DNA of 64,000 nucleotides from Giardia intestinalis (Eukaryota): NCBI GenBank assembly GCA_000002435.2, contig CM018792.1; one strand, 5' to 3'. Shown piece by piece: positions 30,412 to 40,153 of this stretch (position 1 is its first letter; each line of letters starts with the position of its first letter). The notes under the pieces were generated by a model. It saw only the letters and a program-made list of their open reading frames with translations, ran no database searches and was not told where the DNA came from. The position numbers and the translations under genes were made by a program.

Positions 30412-32364
30412 CTGTACAGTGATAGTGATAGTGCTATGTGGTGTGGGGGTGATAGTGATAGTATGAGACTCCTCTTCATGGGCGGGTGCTACAACAAGGA
30501 TGCACACCCTGGCAGTGAGATATGCACAAAGGCTGAGGGAGGACTGTGCACTGCTTGTAATACAGCTAACGGCCTGTTCAAGAACCCAGTTACACCATCA
30601 GAGAAGGGTAGTGAGTGCATACTGTGCTCTGATACGACAGATAGAAACGGGGTCATGGGAGTCGCTGGATGCTCAGAATGCTCCCACACGGGCACTAGCG
30701 GACCGGCCACGTGTACAGAGTGTCAAGCAGGGTTCGTTACGAAGGACAGTGCATGTGTGAAGTGCGGAGACGGCTGCTCTGCTTGCTCAGCTGATACTCC
30801 GACTCAGTGTACCGCCTGCGTTGAGGGGAAGTACCTGAAGGATGGTAACACTTGTGTAGATGCTGGTGGATGTGGTGCTGATAAGTACGCAGACAAGAAG
30901 ACCTGGACCTGCAAGGCATGTGATCCCGACATAGCTGGGTGCACCGCATGTGAATATAATGATGCCACGGGGAAGCCAAGGTGCACCAACTGCGGGACCA
31001 ATAAGACCCCCAGGACGACCCTTGATGGGACCTCGACCTGTGTGACAAAAGACTACGCCGGGTGTCAAGGAGCTGATAACGGTCTCTTTATGACCGAAGA
31101 CAACGTGTGTCGTTTGTGCAGTGATCCCGCAGCGTCGGATTCAGAACCAAAGAACAAAGGCATTGCCGGCTGCAAGACATGTACTAAGCAGCAAAGTCAG
31201 AAACCAGAATGCATAGAATGCCTCGAAGGGTATATCAAAGAAGGAAATGGCCCTGCCGCCACGTGTGAGGCCTGTGGTGCTAACTGTGCCACATGTTCTG
31301 AAAAAGCTGACAAGACCAAATGCCAAACCTGCAAGACCGGGTTCTTCCTGAAGGTCAGTAGCACTCCTGGAGAATGCTTCGCCTGCGATGACACAAACAA
31401 TGGGGGCATCGAGGGGTGCTCCCAATGCACAATGGAGGCCAGTACTTTCAAGTGTACTGACTGTAAGGTGAACTATCGCAAGCAGAGTGGTACCAGTCCT
31501 GTTACATGTACAAAGGTATGTGAAGATGATACTGCCTGTGGGGGTACCTCTGGTGCTTGTGATGCCATGATAATAGATGATCAGGGCACCACAAAGCACT
31601 ACTGTTCATACTGTGGGGATAGCAGTAAGTATCCTATAGATGGTCTCTGTGCTAGTGAGGCTCAAAGTAATACTTGTAACAACCATGTCTGTGAGTCTTG
31701 TACTACAGGATATTTCTTATATATGGGTGGCTGTTATAGCACTCAGAAGGCTCCTGGTAGCTTCATGTGCAAGACAGCAGGTAATACTGGGATCTGCACA
31801 GAAGCAGCCAACAATAGGTACTTCGTAGTGCCTGGTGCATCCAACACTGATCAGTCCGTGTTGGCTTGTAGCAACCCCCTAGGCACACTGACAGGCACTG
31901 GTGATACTGCTAAGGCATACGTGGGGGTGGATGGCTGCTCCCAGTGTACAGCCCCGACACCTTTGACTGGGGCTGGTATGGCCCCCGCTGTGTGCACAGC
32001 GTGTAGCGGCACCAACAAGCCCAACCTGGCTGGGAGCGGGTGCTTCGCATGTGCTGTTGAGGGATGCTCGCACTGCAATAGAGACAACATGTGCGAGAAG
32101 TGTGATAACAACAAGAAGGTGAGCCCCGGGAGGAAGTCATGCGTGGATGGCTGTCCCAGCAACTCCACTGACACCGACTCTGTCTGTGTGTGCAACGATG
32201 GATACAGCCCTGATGATGCTGGGGCCTCCTGTGTGTCCTCTGGCGCCAACAGGAGCGGGCTCTCCACGGGGGCCATAGCAGGGATCTCCGTCGCTGTCAT
32301 CGCTGTCGTGGGGGGCCTCGTGGGCTTCTTGTGTTGGTGGTTCCTGTGTAGGGGGAAGGCATGA
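30409..32364 (+). CDS. VSP unit 2, 5'-truncated (no signal peptide); ATG created by upstream unit's poly(A) signal
   Basis: MLYSDSDSAMWCGGDSDSMRLLFMGGCYNKD... The (AGTGAT)n spacer is read as SDSDS, then homology to unit 1 begins at its internal FLFMGGCYK (about codon 150). Ends CRGKA-TGA. Confidence 0.7.
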   Translation: MLYSDSDSAMWCGGDSDSMRLLFMGGCYNKDAHPGSEICTKAEGGLCTACNTANGLFKNPVTPSEKGSECILCSDTTDRNGVMGVAGCSECSHTGTSGPATCTECQAGFVTKDSACVKCGDGCSACSADTPTQCTACVEGKYLKDGNTCVDAGGCGADKYADKKTWTCKACDPDIAGCTACEYNDATGKPRCTNCGTNKTPRTTLDGTSTCVTKDYAGCQGADNGLFMTEDNVCRLCSDPAASDSEPKNKGIAGCKTCTKQQSQKPECIECLEGYIKEGNGPAATCEACGANCATCSEKADKTKCQTCKTGFFLKVSSTPGECFACDDTNNGGIEGCSQCTMEASTFKCTDCKVNYRKQSGTSPVTCTKVCEDDTACGGTSGACDAMIIDDQGTTKHYCSYCGDSSKYPIDGLCASEAQSNTCNNHVCESCTTGYFLYMGGCYSTQKAPGSFMCKTAGNTGICTEAANNRYFVVPGASNTDQSVLACSNPLGTLTGTGDTAKAYVGVDGCSQCTAPTPLTGAGMAPAVCTACSGTNKPNLAGSGCFACAVEGCSHCNRDNMCEKCDNNKKVSPGRKSCVDGCPSNSTDTDSVCVCNDGYSPDDAGASCVSSGANRSGLSTGAIAGISVAVIAVVGGLVGFLCWWFLCRGKA

Positions 32365-32376
32365 CTTAGGTAGTGA

Positions 32377-34365
32377 ATGCTGTACAGTGATAGTGATAGT
32401 GCTATGTGGTGTGGGGGTGATAGTGATAGTATGAGACTCCTCTTCATGGGCGGGTGCTACAAGACAGAGAGTCAGCCCGGCAGTGAGATATGCACAGCAG
32501 CCAAGGATGGACTGTGCACTACTTGTAATACAGCTAACGGCCTGTTTAAGAACCCGGCTACAGCACCGAAGTCTGGTAGTGAGTGCATCCTCTGCTGGGA
32601 CACGGTGGGAGATGGCGCGACGAAGGGAGTCGAGGGCTGTGCCACATGTACAGCACCAGCTAATAATAAGGGGGCTGCCACGTGTACTAAGTGCCAAGAT
32701 GGATACTATAAGAACGCTCAGACATGTGTCAAATGTAATGAAGCTTGTCTGACCTGCGATGGAAGTGGCCAGAATGCGTGCACATCGTGCCCAGAGGGGA
32801 AGTATTTGAAGACTGATAGTAAGACTTGTGTAGAGGCGTCTGCCTGTGCAAAGGGCACCTATGCCGACGAAGCAACCAGAAAGTGCGAATCCTGTACCGC
32901 AGGCTCAGGTGCCGGCGGTACGGCAGGAGTGCAAGAATGCGCTGCGTGTGCATATAATAAGGCCAGCGGAAAACTGGAATGCTCTGAATGTACCGGCGGA
33001 GCCAAGATCCCCAGGGTGTCTTTGGATGGTACCTCGACCTGCGTGGCGAAGGACTACGCCGGGTGTGCCGGACAAGACAACGCTTTGTTTATAGTAGAGG
33101 ACAAGTCCAAATGCCTTTTGTGCGACGACGTTGAAACGGGGACAGATCCGAAGGATCAGGGCGTCGCCGGCTGTAAGGCTTGCACGAAGACCTCGAGTGC
33201 AAAGCCCACTTGCACAGAATGCTTGGAGGGATACAAAAGTACCGGAGTTGGTTCAGTAACATGCACCCCCTGTCACGCCAACTGTGCCACATGCTCAGCT
33301 GAAACTGCTGAGGATAAGTGCCTGACCTGCAAAGCAGGGTTCTTTCTAGTTGATGTTACGGGTGGGAAGAAGTGTGTCCCATGTGATAGCAAAACCGATA
33401 ATGGCATCGATGGGTGTGCCGAGTGTGATAACAGTACTGGATCCCTCAAGTGTACAAAGTGCAAGGTGAACTACAAGCAGAGCGGTACCGGTCCTGTTAC
33501 ATGTACCAAGACTTGTGAAGATGAGACTGCATGCGGGGGTACCTCTGGCGCCTGTGATGCCATCGTAATAGATGATAAGGGCAACACAAAGCACTACTGT
33601 TCATACTGTGGGGATGACAGTAAGGTACCGATTGATGGGAAGTGTGTTGATAGTGGTAGTATAAATGGTAATACTTGTGCTAAAGGTGTATGTACACAGT
33701 GTGCTCAAGGATACTTCTTATACATGGGAGGCTGTTATAAGGTAGCAAGTCCACCTGGTAACCTCATGTGCACTGAAGCAACAACAGCTGGTGTCTGCAC
33801 AGAGGCGGCCAACAATAAGTACTTCGTAGTACCAGGAGCATCCAATCAGAATCAGTCTGTATTGGCATGTGGTAACCCATTAGGCACACTAGTAGGCACT
33901 CAAGGTACTGCTAAGGCATACGTGGGGGTACTCAACTGTTCACAGTGCACAGCCCCAGCAGCTCTGTCTGATGGTGGTATGGCTGCTGCTATATGTACCT
34001 CCTGTGACAGTGATAGGAAGCCCAACAGGGATGGCAGTGGGTGCTTCGCATGTGCCGTTAGTGGATGCTCGCACTGCAACAGGGATGACATGTGCGAGGC
34101 ATGTAATGATGGTAAGAAGGTGAGCCCTGGGAGGAAGTCATGCGTGGATAAGTGTCCCAGCAACTCCACTGACACCGACTCTGTCTGTGTGTGCGACGAT
34201 GGATATAGCCCTGACAGCAGTGGGACCTCCTGTGTGTCTATGAGCACCAACAGGAGCGGGCTCTCCACGGGGGCCATCGCGGGCATCTCCGTCGCTGTCA
34301 TCGCTGTCGTGGGGGTCTCATAGGGTTCCTCTGCTGGTGGTTCCTGTGTAGAGGGAAGGCGTGAC
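32377..34365 (+). pseudogene. VSP unit 3, 5'-truncated and frameshifted (1-nt deletion in a G6 run at ~34312; truncates before the TM/CRGKA tail)
   Basis: About 2 kb nearly identical to unit 13 (52523-54511). Here gtcgtgggggtctcatag gives ...VVGVS*, versus gtcgtggggggtctcatagggttc giving [12 protein letters not shown] in unit 13. The tail continues in the +1 frame to the TGA at 34363-34365. The ORF-track ORF ends at 34323. Confidence 0.7.
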
Positions 34366-34417
34366 TTAGGTAGTGAATGCTCTATAGTGTATGATAATGG
34401 GTGATAGAGGGTGATAG

Positions 34418-36277
34418 TGGAGTGAGATATGCACAGCAGCCAGTGATGGACTGTGCACTGCTTGTAAGACAGCTAACGGCCTGTTCAAGAACCCTGCTAC
34501 AGCACCAGAGAAGGGAAGGGAGTGCATCCTGTGCTCTGATACGACAGATAGAGACGGGGTCACGGGAGCCGCTGGATGCTCAGAATGCTCCCACACGGGC
34601 ACTAGCGGACCGGCCACATGCACTGTCTGCCAAGATGGATACATTAAGAAGGGTGATGCATGTGAGAAGTGTGATCAGTCTTGTCTGACCTGCGATGCAA
34701 GTGGTCAGAATCATTGTACATCGTGCCCAGAGGGGAAGTACCTGAAGAGTAATCAATGTGTACAAGATACTGGATGCGATGGAAACACTTATGCTGACCC
34801 GGAGTCGGGAACATGCAAGGCATGTAGTACGATACACGCAGAGTGCACGGCATGCTCCTTCGACAAGGCCACGGGGAAGCCGAAGTGCACTAACTGCGGG
34901 ACCAATAAGACCCCCAGGACGGCCCTCGACGGGACATCGACCTGCGTGGCGAAGACGCTTGAAGGATGCGAGGGCGCTGACGAGGCCTTATTTATGAAGG
35001 AGGACAAAACGTGTGCTCTTTGTAGTGATGTGACAGATTCAACTCTTGGTAACGAAGGAAAGGCCAACTGCAAGACATGTACGAAAACAGGAAGTGACAA
35101 TCCAACCTGCTCAGCCTGTCTCGATGGATACTTCTTTGATAGTGGTACTAGTACATGTACAGACAAGTGTGGTGATAACTGTGCCACATGCTCTGTTGCT
35201 GGTGATCCAAATAAGTGTGAAACCTGCAAGACTGGATACTTCTTAGTAACTACTACAGATCAACAGGGGAAGAAGTGCGTCCCATGCGATAGCGTAGACG
35301 ATAAGGGTCGCGAAGGCTGCAGTGTCTGCTCTAACAACGGTGCTTTCAAGTGCACTGACTGTAAGCCTAACTATCGCAAGGAGGGCAGTACTGGCTCTGT
35401 CACATGCACCAAGATCTGTGAAGATGATACTGCCTGTGGAGGAACTTCTGGTGCCTGCGATGCAATAGTGATTGATGATAAGGGTGTAGAGCATCATTAT
35501 TGCTCATACTGTGGAGAAGCTAATACGTATCCTATAGATGGGAAGTGTAATAGTGCTAAAGCAAATAATCAATGTGATCAAGGTGTATGTACACAATGCA
35601 CTAACAACTACTTCTTGTATATGGGAGGTTGTTACAAGGTTGATACAGTACCTGGACAACATATGTGCAAGACAGCAGCCAACGGTGTCTGTACTGCTGT
35701 TAATGCCAACAATAGGTACTTCATAGTCCCTGGGGCAACCAATCAGAATCAGTCTGTATTGGCATGTAGCAACTCCCTTGGCACACTAGTAGGCACTGGT
35801 GATACCTCTAAGGCATATGTGGGGGTAGATGGCTGTTCGGCATGTACGGCCCCAGCAGCTCCATCTGAGACTGGTATGACTGCTGCTGTGTGCACAGCGT
35901 GTACCAACAACAACAAGCCCAACCTGGCTGGGAGCGGGTGCTTCGCATGTACCGTTGACGGATGCTCGCACTGTGGAGCAGGCGATAAGTGCGAGGCCTG
36001 TACCAGTAAAGACCAGAGGCCGAACACAGACGGAACGAAGTGCATCGCCTGCAATATCGACGGGTGCGTCAGGTGCAGCGAGGAGAACAAGTGCGGCCAG
36101 TGCGGGGACGACTACAGGCTGGAGGGTGAGGCGTGCGTGTCCACCAAGCCCAGCGGGGGCAACAGAAGCGGGCTCTCCACGGGCGCCATCGCGGGGATCT
36201 CCGTCGCCGTGGTCGTTGTTGTGGGGGGCCTCGTCGGCTTCCTCTGCTGGTGGTTCGTGTGCAGGGGGAAGGCGTAG
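34418..36277 (+). CDS. VSP unit 4, 5'-truncated at the EICTAAS breakpoint; no in-frame ATG at unit start
   Basis: The frame is open from the TAG at 34415-34417 (inside the GTGATAG spacer repeat) to the CRGKA-TAG at 36277. It reads EICTAASDGLCTACKTANGLFKNP... The first in-frame ATG is ~190 codons in. The ORF-track start at 34946 is a GTG. Confidence 0.65.
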   Translation, partial: WSEICTAASDGLCTACKTANGLFKNPATAPEKGRECILCSDTTDRDGVTGAAGCSECSHTGTSGPATCTVCQDGYIKKGDACEKCDQSCLTCDASGQNHCTSCPEGKYLKSNQCVQDTGCDGNTYADPESGTCKACSTIHAECTACSFDKATGKPKCTNCGTNKTPRTALDGTSTCVAKTLEGCEGADEALFMKEDKTCALCSDVTDSTLGNEGKANCKTCTKTGSDNPTCSACLDGYFFDSGTSTCTDKCGDNCATCSVAGDPNKCETCKTGYFLVTTTDQQGKKCVPCDSVDDKGREGCSVCSNNGAFKCTDCKPNYRKEGSTGSVTCTKICEDDTACGGTSGACDAIVIDDKGVEHHYCSYCGEANTYPIDGKCNSAKANNQCDQGVCTQCTNNYFLYMGGCYKVDTVPGQHMCKTAANGVCTAVNANNRYFIVPGATNQNQSVLACSNSLGTLVGTGDTSKAYVGVDGCSACTAPAAPSETGMTAAVCTACTNNNKPNLAGSGCFACTVDGCSHCGAGDKCEACTSKDQRPNTDGTKCIACNIDGCVRCSEENKCGQCGDDYRLEGEACVSTKPSGGNRSGLSTGAIAGISVAVVVVVGGLVGFLCWWFVCRGKA

Positions 36278-36497
36278 GTACTTAGGTAGTGAATGCTGTA
36301 CAGTGGGTGATAGAGGGTGATAATGGGTGATAGTGTGTGATAGAGGGTGATAGTGGAGTGATATCTGCACAGCAGCCAGTAATGGAGTATGCACTACTTG
36401 TAAGGCAGATAACGGCCTGTTCAAGAACCCGGCTGCACCATCAGAGAAGGGTAGTGAGTGCATACTGTGCTCTGATACGACAGATAGAAACGGGGTC

Positions 36498-38177
36498 ATG
36501 GGAGTCGCTGGATGCTCAGAATGCTCCCACACGGGCACTAGCGGACCGGCCACGTGTACAGAGTGTCAAGCAGGGTTCGTTACGAAGGACAGTGCATGTG
36601 TGAAGTGCGGAGAGGGCTGCTCTGCCTGCTCAGCTGATACTCCGACTCAGTGTACCGCCTGCGTTGAGGGGAAGTTCCTGAAGGCTGACAAGTGTGTGGA
36701 TGCTAATCAATGTGACAATGGTAAGTATGCAGACCCAAAAACAGGCCAATGCAAGGCCTGCACGGACACAAGTGTCAATGAATGTGCTACGTGTGCATAC
36801 AGCGACACTCTTCAGAAGCCTGTGTGCACTGGGTGTAATAGTGGAGGAAACCTGCTTCTTAAGGTGAACCCCGATGGGTCAGCGACGTGTGTTGCGGAGG
36901 CAGAGTGCACAAGTGGCAATACGCACTTCCTTGAACAATCTCCAAAAGCTTGTGTTCCATGTGGTGATACTAAAAATGGTGGGATTCTAGGTTGTGATAC
37001 CTGCTCCTCTAAAACTACATGTACAAAGTGCCTCGATGGATATTACAATAGTGCAAGTGGTAATACCGCTACATGCACAGCCTGTGGTGAGAACTGTGCC
37101 ACCTGTGCTAAGGATACAAAAGACCAATGCACGACCTGCAAGCAAGGGTACTTCTTGAAGGATAGCTCCTCTGGTGAGTGCATCTCATGTAGTGATACAG
37201 CAAATGGTGGCCGCGATGGGTGCAGTGCATGCTCTAACAGTGGTGGATTCAAATGTACTGACTGTAAGCCTAACTATAAGAAACAGCTTAATGGAGATGC
37301 AGGGGATGACTATACGTGTACAAAGACCTGTGAAGATGAGACTGCATGCGGGGGGACAGCAGGGGCCTGCGACGCCATCGTGGTCGGCAACGACGGCAGC
37401 ATGCTCTCTTACTGTTCAAAGTGTGTTGGCGCCGGCTATGGCCCCATTAATGGGAAGTGCACCAATGCACTTGCAGGTAATACCTGCGCCGATGGTGTAT
37501 GTACGCGGTGCACCAACAACTACTTCCTCTATATGGGTGGCTGTTATAAAGCAACAGAGGTGCCTGGTAGCCTCATGTGCTCCGAAGCAACAACAGCTGG
37601 TGTCTGTACTACTCCCAATGCCAATGATAGGTACTTCGTAGTCCCAGAAGCAAAGGCTACTGATCAGTCTGTACTAGCCTGTGGCAACCCCCTAGGCACA
37701 CTAGTAGACCCTCAAGGTACTGCTAAGGCATACGTGGGGGTGGATGGCTGCTCACAGTGCACAGCCCCAGCAGCTCTGTCTGATGGTGGTATGGCTGCTG
37801 CTATATGTACCTCCTGTGACAGTGATAGGAAGCCCAACAGGGATGGCAGTGGGTGCTTCGCATGTGCCGTTAGTGGATGCTCGCACTGCAACAGGGATGA
37901 CATGTGCGAGGCATGTAATGATGGTAAGAAGGTGAGCCCTGGGAGGAAGTCATGCGTGGATAAGTGTCCCAGCAACTCCACTGACACCGACTCTGTCTGT
38001 GTGTGCGACGATGGATATAGCCCTGACAGCAGTGGGACCTCCTGTGTGTCTATGAGCACCAACAGGAGCGGGCTCTCCGCGGGGGCCATCGCGGGCATTG
38101 CCGTGGCTGTGGTCGTCGTCGTGGGGGGCCTCGTAGGGTTCCTCTGCTGGTGGTTCATCTGTAGAGGGAAGGCGTGA
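36498..38177 (+). CDS. VSP unit 5, 5'-truncated; VSP homology starts ~36360 (DICTAAS), first in-frame ATG at 36498
   Basis: Stop at 36351-36353 in the spacer repeat, then an open frame. MGVAGCSECSHTGTSGP... ends ...GGLVGFLCWWFICRGKA. The 3' ~450 nt are shared with units 3/13. Confidence 0.65.
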   Translation: MGVAGCSECSHTGTSGPATCTECQAGFVTKDSACVKCGEGCSACSADTPTQCTACVEGKFLKADKCVDANQCDNGKYADPKTGQCKACTDTSVNECATCAYSDTLQKPVCTGCNSGGNLLLKVNPDGSATCVAEAECTSGNTHFLEQSPKACVPCGDTKNGGILGCDTCSSKTTCTKCLDGYYNSASGNTATCTACGENCATCAKDTKDQCTTCKQGYFLKDSSSGECISCSDTANGGRDGCSACSNSGGFKCTDCKPNYKKQLNGDAGDDYTCTKTCEDETACGGTAGACDAIVVGNDGSMLSYCSKCVGAGYGPINGKCTNALAGNTCADGVCTRCTNNYFLYMGGCYKATEVPGSLMCSEATTAGVCTTPNANDRYFVVPEAKATDQSVLACGNPLGTLVDPQGTAKAYVGVDGCSQCTAPAALSDGGMAAAICTSCDSDRKPNRDGSGCFACAVSGCSHCNRDDMCEACNDGKKVSPGRKSCVDKCPSNSTDTDSVCVCDDGYSPDSSGTSCVSMSTNRSGLSAGAIAGIAVAVVVVVGGLVGFLCWWFICRGKA

Positions 38178-38230
38178 CTTAGGTAGTGAATGCTCTATAG
38201 TGTATGATAATGGGTGATAGAGGGTGATAG

Positions 38231-40102
38231 TGGAGTGAGATATGCACAGCAGCCAGTGATGGACTGTGCACTGCTTGTAAGGCAGATAACAAGTACATAT
38301 TCCAGAATGGGGCAGAGAAGGTGACCCCTGGTAATGAGTGCATACTCTGTCATGATATCAAGGGAGCAGATGGATATACGGGGGTGGCTAACTGCGCCAC
38401 ATGTACAGCGCCAGCTAGTAGTACAGGACCTGTCACATGTACTGCCTGTCAAGATGGGTACTATAAAGATAACGATGCATGTACCAAATGTCATGCCGAC
38501 TGCGAGACATGCAATGGAGCCGGTCAAAATGCATGCACCCTCTGTGCGAGCGGGAAATATCTCGATGGGAACAATTGTGTAGAGGCTAATCAATGCACTG
38601 GAAGTAAGTACCCCGACCCAAGCACCGGCAAGTGCACAGCTTGTAACGCTCAAGAAGTGGGGATAGATGGATGCGACACATGTGAGTATGATACGACGCT
38701 GCAGAAGCCGAAGTGCCTGACATGTACTGGTAAGATAGTCAAAGAAGAGGCCGACGGGACGACCACCTGCATTGCTGAGGGGGCTTGTACCCAAAACGGG
38801 AACGATGGTCCGAACTTTCTAACTGAACCGAACAAAAAGTGCATTCTCTGCAGTAATAATGTAGATTCAACCCCTGGCAATACAGGTGTTCTTGGTTGTA
38901 GCACATGCTCTAAAGCTAATTCTGGTACAAATCCTCAGTGCAAGACATGCCTCGACGGATACTACAATAGCGCAAATAGTGGTAGTGGTACCGCTACATG
39001 CACAGTCTGTGGCGAGAATTGCGCCACCTGCACTCAAGCTGGCAATAATCAGTGTACTAAATGCAAGCCTGGATTCTTCATGAAAGGCAGTGGTCCTACT
39101 GGTGAGTGCCTTCCTTGTGATAATGCACAGGAGGGCATCGATGGATGTGCTGAGTGCACTGGTCCTGCAGGATCCCTCAAGTGTACAAAGTGCAAGCCTA
39201 ACAGGAAGCCCGTTGGAACCTCAGACAACTATACATGCACAGAGAAGACCTGCGAGGATGAGACTGCGTGTGGTGGTACCTCTGGAGCTTGCAATGCCAT
39301 AGTAATTGATACTGATGGCAACACAAAGCACTACTGTTCATACTGTGGAGATAGCAGTAAGTATCCTATAGATGGTCTCTGTGCTAGTGAGGCTCAAAGT
39401 AATACTTGTAACAACCATGTCTGTGAGTCTTGTACTACGGGGTACTTCCTATACATGAACGGCTGCTATGATGTGTCGAAGCCTCCTGGTAATCTCATGT
39501 GCTCCAAAGCAACAACAGCTGGTGTCTGCACAGAAGCAGCCAACAATAAGTACTTCGTAGTCCCAGAAGCAAAGGCTACTGATCAGTCTGTACTAGCCTG
39601 TGGTAACCCCCTGGGCACATTGATAGGCACTCAAGGTACTGCTAAGGCATACGTGGGGGTGGATGGCTGCTCCCAGTGTACAGCCCCAGCAGCTCCATCT
39701 GATGGTGGTATGACCCCCGCTGTGTGCACCTCTTGTGACAATAGTAAGAAGCCCAACCTGGCTGGGAGCGGGTGCTTCCCATGTGCCGTTGTTGGATGCT
39801 CGCACTGTGATATGGACAACAAGTGCTCCGCCTGCACAGAGGGGGGCAAGAGACCCAACAAGGAAGGGACAGCATGCTTTGAATGTAACGTGGAGGGGTG
39901 CGCTTATTGTAGTGGTGCTAATAAGTGTGAAGAGTGCAGCGATGGGTTCAAATTAGAGGGTGACAAGTGCGTGTCTTCTGGCACCAACAGGAGCGGGCTG
40001 TCTACTGGCGCCATCGCGGGCATCTCCGTCGCTGTGGTCGTTGTCGTGGGGGGCCTCGTGGGCTTCCTCTGCTGGTGGTTCGTGTGCAGGGGGAAGGCGT
40101 GA
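38231..40102 (+). CDS. VSP unit 6, 5'-truncated at EICTAAS breakpoint; no ATG at unit start
   Basis: Open from the TAG at 38228-38230 and reads EICTAASDGLCTACKADNKYIFQNGAEKVTPGNECILCHD... ending CRGKA. The ORF-track start at 38321 is a GTG. Confidence 0.65.
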   Translation, partial: WSEICTAASDGLCTACKADNKYIFQNGAEKVTPGNECILCHDIKGADGYTGVANCATCTAPASSTGPVTCTACQDGYYKDNDACTKCHADCETCNGAGQNACTLCASGKYLDGNNCVEANQCTGSKYPDPSTGKCTACNAQEVGIDGCDTCEYDTTLQKPKCLTCTGKIVKEEADGTTTCIAEGACTQNGNDGPNFLTEPNKKCILCSNNVDSTPGNTGVLGCSTCSKANSGTNPQCKTCLDGYYNSANSGSGTATCTVCGENCATCTQAGNNQCTKCKPGFFMKGSGPTGECLPCDNAQEGIDGCAECTGPAGSLKCTKCKPNRKPVGTSDNYTCTEKTCEDETACGGTSGACNAIVIDTDGNTKHYCSYCGDSSKYPIDGLCASEAQSNTCNNHVCESCTTGYFLYMNGCYDVSKPPGNLMCSKATTAGVCTEAANNKYFVVPEAKATDQSVLACGNPLGTLIGTQGTAKAYVGVDGCSQCTAPAAPSDGGMTPAVCTSCDNSKKPNLAGSGCFPCAVVGCSHCDMDNKCSACTEGGKRPNKEGTACFECNVEGCAYCSGANKCEECSDGFKLEGDKCVSSGTNRSGLSTGAIAGISVAVVVVVGGLVGFLCWWFVCRGKA

Positions 40103-40153
40103 CTTAGGTAGTGAATGCTGTACAATGTGTGATAGAGGGTGATAGTATGATAG

